Of a stretch of DNA of 64,000 nucleotides, positions 60,834-64,000 are shown in pieces. Under the pieces are notes generated by a model that was not told where the DNA came from, did no database searches, and worked only from the letters and a program-made list of their open reading frames with translations. How positions within the stretch are numbered: position 1 is the stretch's first letter; each line of letters opens with the position of its first letter. The translations under genes were made by a program, and so were the position numbers. Source of the stretch: Scenedesmus sp. PABB004 (lineage: Eukaryota); assembly GCA_014905635.1 (NCBI GenBank), contig JABVCE010000022.1, positions 496,001 to 560,000 of the forward strand. The letters are read 5' to 3'.

Positions 60834-63800
60834 ATGACGGAGGCGGGCGACCCCTTCGCCATCATCCGGCGCTTCTGGGCGGCCCACAACATCCTGCAGA
60901 ACCCCGAGGACCTGCGGGAGTGGGAGACGCTGCCAAGCGACGTGATGGAGCACGTGCTCGCCTCGCTCGAGCGCCGCCACCTCGCGGCGCTGCGCCTCGT
61001 GTGCCGCGCGTGGCGCGGCTGCGTGGACGCGTCGGTGGAGAGCCTCACGCTCAGGTGGGCGCCGCCGCTGCGGCAGCGGCGGCGGCCCGCGCGCCCGCCG
61101 GCGGGCAGCCGCCGCGCGCCCGCGCGCCCGCCGACCCGCGCCCGCCGCCGACCCGCGCCCGCCGCCGCCCGGCGCCCCGCGCCCGCCGCCCTGCGTCCCA
61201 GGGCCTGGCCCGAGGCGCCCGCCTTCCTGGGCTGCTTCACCTGCCTCTCCAGCCTCGCGCTGCCAGGGCGCCCATCGCGGGGCCCGAGGCGCGCGCCGCC
61301 GCGCTCGCGCCGCTGCTGGCGCAGCTTGCGGAGCTGCCGCGCCTCTCGGCGCTCTCGCTGCACCACGCGGGCCCCGGCTGCCTGGATGACCTGGGCGCGC
61401 TGACCGGCCTCACCAGCCTCGCGATGCTGCGCCAGGGCGACGGCGGCAGCGCGCTGCTCAGCCCCGCCGCCGCCGACGCGGACGGCGGCGCCGGCGGCGC
61501 GTTTGGCGGCGGCGCAGACGCGGGCGCGGAGCCCGACAACAACGCCGCCGCCGGGGTCGCGCCGGGCGCGGGCGCCGGGGGCGCGGGCGACGCCGCCGCG
61601 CTCAACAACTGGGCGCTCCCGGGCGCCGCCGCGCCGGGCTACGCCGCGCTGGGGCGGCAGCCGCCGCCGCCGCAGCCGCGGGCGCCGAGGAGGAGGAGCG
61701 GGGCGGCGGCGGCGAGCCGGAGGCGCGCCTGCCGGCGAGCTTGACCGGCCTGAGCCGCCTCGCGGCGCTGTCGCTGGAGGGCATGGCCCCCGACGTCGCG
61801 GTGCTGCGCCAGCTGCGCCAGCTGCAGCGCCTGGAGCTGCGGGTGCGCGGCGCGCCGTGCCACGCGCCCGCGCCGCGCGTCGCGCCCGCCGCGCCGCCCA
61901 CGCCGCCGCCGCCGCCGGCGCCTGCCCGCGCGCAGGGCCGCACGCCGCGCCTGGCCAGCGGCCTCGTGGTCGCGAGCAACCCCCTGCCCGGCGTCGGCTG
62001 CCTCACGGGCCTGACGTGCCTCGTCGCGCGCTGCAACTACGGCATCAGCCGCCTCCCGCCCGACCTCGGGTCCCTCGGCCGCCTGGTGCACCTCGACGTC
62101 AGCAAGAACATGCTCTGGGAGCTGCCGCCCGAGGTGCGGCGCGGCGGGGCGGGGCGTGCCGCGGCAGGCTGCAGGCGGCGCGCACGCGGCGGCGCGCGGC
62201 GGCCCGCGACAACACCCACCCCCGCAACACCCGCCCCGCCCTGCAACACCGCCCCCGCGCCGCGTCCCACCGCGCAGATCGGCGGCCTGACGTCGCTGCG
62301 GCACCTCGACGTCAGCAGCAACTGCCTGTCGGCGCTCGGCGAGGCCGCGTGCGGGCTGGCCGCGCTGACGCACCTTGATGCGAGCAACAACAGCCGCATG
62401 GCGCTGCCGGCGGGGCTCGGCCGCCTCAGCGCGCTGGAGTCGCTCAACCTGAGCTGGGTGTGGAGCGACCTCGGCCCGCTCTGGGTCGCCGCGCCGGCGC
62501 TGTCCCGGCTCGCCGCGCTGAACGTCGTCGGCAATGGCATCGCAGAGCTGCCGCCGGGGGTGTCGGGCTTCAAGGCGCTCAGGCGCGCACAGCGCTGCGC
62601 CGCCTACACCTTGAGCTGCGCCGCCGCCGCCGCCGCCGCCGCACGCGGGGCGGGCGCGCGCGCGGCGGGGCGGGCGCGCGTCCGCGCCGTGGCGCCTCTG
62701 CCTGACGGCGCCCGCCTCCTCCTGCCGCCCGCCGCCGCGCGATGACCATCGCCGCTGCCCGCGCAGCGCGCTGTCCCTGAGCATGAACAACCTCACCTCC
62801 CTGCCCGACGCGCTGGGCGGCCTCGGCCCGCTCGCGTCGCTGGAGCTGTCGGACAACCGCCTGTCGGCGCTGCCGCCGTCGCTCGGCCGGCTCGGCGCGC
62901 TGACGAGCCTCGGCCTGCGCAGCAACTGCCTCGCGGCGCTGCCCGAGGAGCTGGGCGGCCTCTCCGCGCTCGCCTACCTGGACGTCAGCATGAACCACCT
63001 CTCGGTGCGGCAGCGGCCGCGGCGGGCACAGCGCGCGCAGCGCGGCGGCCGTGGCGGGCACAGCGCAGGCGGCTCAGCATGGCCGCACGGTCGCCCCCGC
63101 CCACGCGCCCGCCCACACGCGCCCGCCGCCCGCCCGCGCGCCCGCCGCCCGCCCGCGCGCAGGCGCTGCCGGACGGGCTGTCGCGCCTGACGGCGCTGAG
63201 TCAGCTCGCGCTGAGCATGAACCCGCTCACCGCGCTGCCGCCGGGCCTCGGCGCGCTGCAGGGGCTGCGCATCCTGGAGATGTACTACGTCCGCCTCCAC
63301 CACCCCGCGGCCGCCGGCGGCGGCGGCGGCGACGCCGGCGGCGGCGGGGGCGCCGGCGGCCAGGGCGGCGGCGAGGCCGGCGAGGCCGGCGGCGACGAGG
63401 CCGGCGGGTGCGCCGCGCCGGCGTGCCTCGCGGCGCTGCAGGAGCTCATCCCTGGGCTCTACATCTTCAGCAACAGCCTCTGGCCCGACGGCGCGGCGCC
63501 GCCGCCGGGCGGCGAGGCGGCGGCGGGCGCGGGCGCCGACGGCGGCGAGGCCGAGGCGCTGCTGCCGGGGCTGGGCGGCCTGCCGGCGCAGGCGCAGGTG
63601 CAGGTGCACTTTGCGCCGGCCGCGTGGGAGGGCGACGAGGACGACGCCGGCGGCGGCGGCGACGCCGCGGGCGGCGCGGCACCGGCGCCGGCGCTGGCGC
63701 CGGCGCCGGCGGGGCGGCTGTCGCCGCAGGGCAGCGCCGCGAGCAGCGCCGGCAGCGGCGCCGCCTACGGTGGCGGCGGCAGCAGCAGCAGCACGGCCAG

Positions 63801-64000
63801 CAGCGACGCCGCCGCGCTCTCTGCGTCGTCGTCGTCCAGCAGCCTCGCGGCCGACGCGGGCGCGTGGCCCGCCTGGGACGACGACGCCGCGCCGCGGCGC
63901 GACCAGCAGCTGCGCCGCGCCGGCAGCGGCCACGGCGCGCGCCCGCGCGCCACCTTTGCGCCCGGCACCACCAGCCCCGTGGCCGGCGGCGCGCCGGCGC
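60834..64000 (+). CDS. F-box + LRR protein; 3' end lies outside the window
   Basis: F-box WETLPSDVMEHVLASL..LAALRLVCRAWR followed by many LxxLxLSxNxLxxLPxxL repeats across exons. Confidence 0.8.

Overview
Eukaryotic nuclear DNA with extremely high GC (roughly 80% by eye). It is gene-dense and has many short (~100-200 nt) spliceosomal introns, so most ORFs in the six-frame track are exon/intron chimeras or GC shadows. Gene content, TGTAA poly(A) signals and intron style point to a chlorophyte green alga (Sphaeropleales-like; inference). I spliced about 18 genes by hand: a giant TMEM132-like Ig-repeat protein (5' end outside the window), an MKK3-type MAPKK with C-terminal NTF2 domain, PP1 inhibitor-3, OHP2, IPMI small subunit, MsrA, a >3000-aa repeat membrane protein, two hypothetical proteins, an FBXO9-like F-box protein, an LRRIQ1-like protein, ELIP, a strictosidine-synthase-like/APMAP protein, an AMT1 transporter, an ADP-ribosylglycohydrolase, RACK1, a RAP-domain protein and an F-box/LRR protein (3' end outside). 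Best observations: a canonical box H/ACA snoRNA inside RACK1 intron 3; about 15 GC-AG introns plus one candidate GA-AG intron; an ADP-ribosylhydrolase missing its catalytic DTD segment next to a (GGGGC)n array; and an AMT1 with a ~185-aa loop insertion. Exon boundaries are manual inferences without transcript data.
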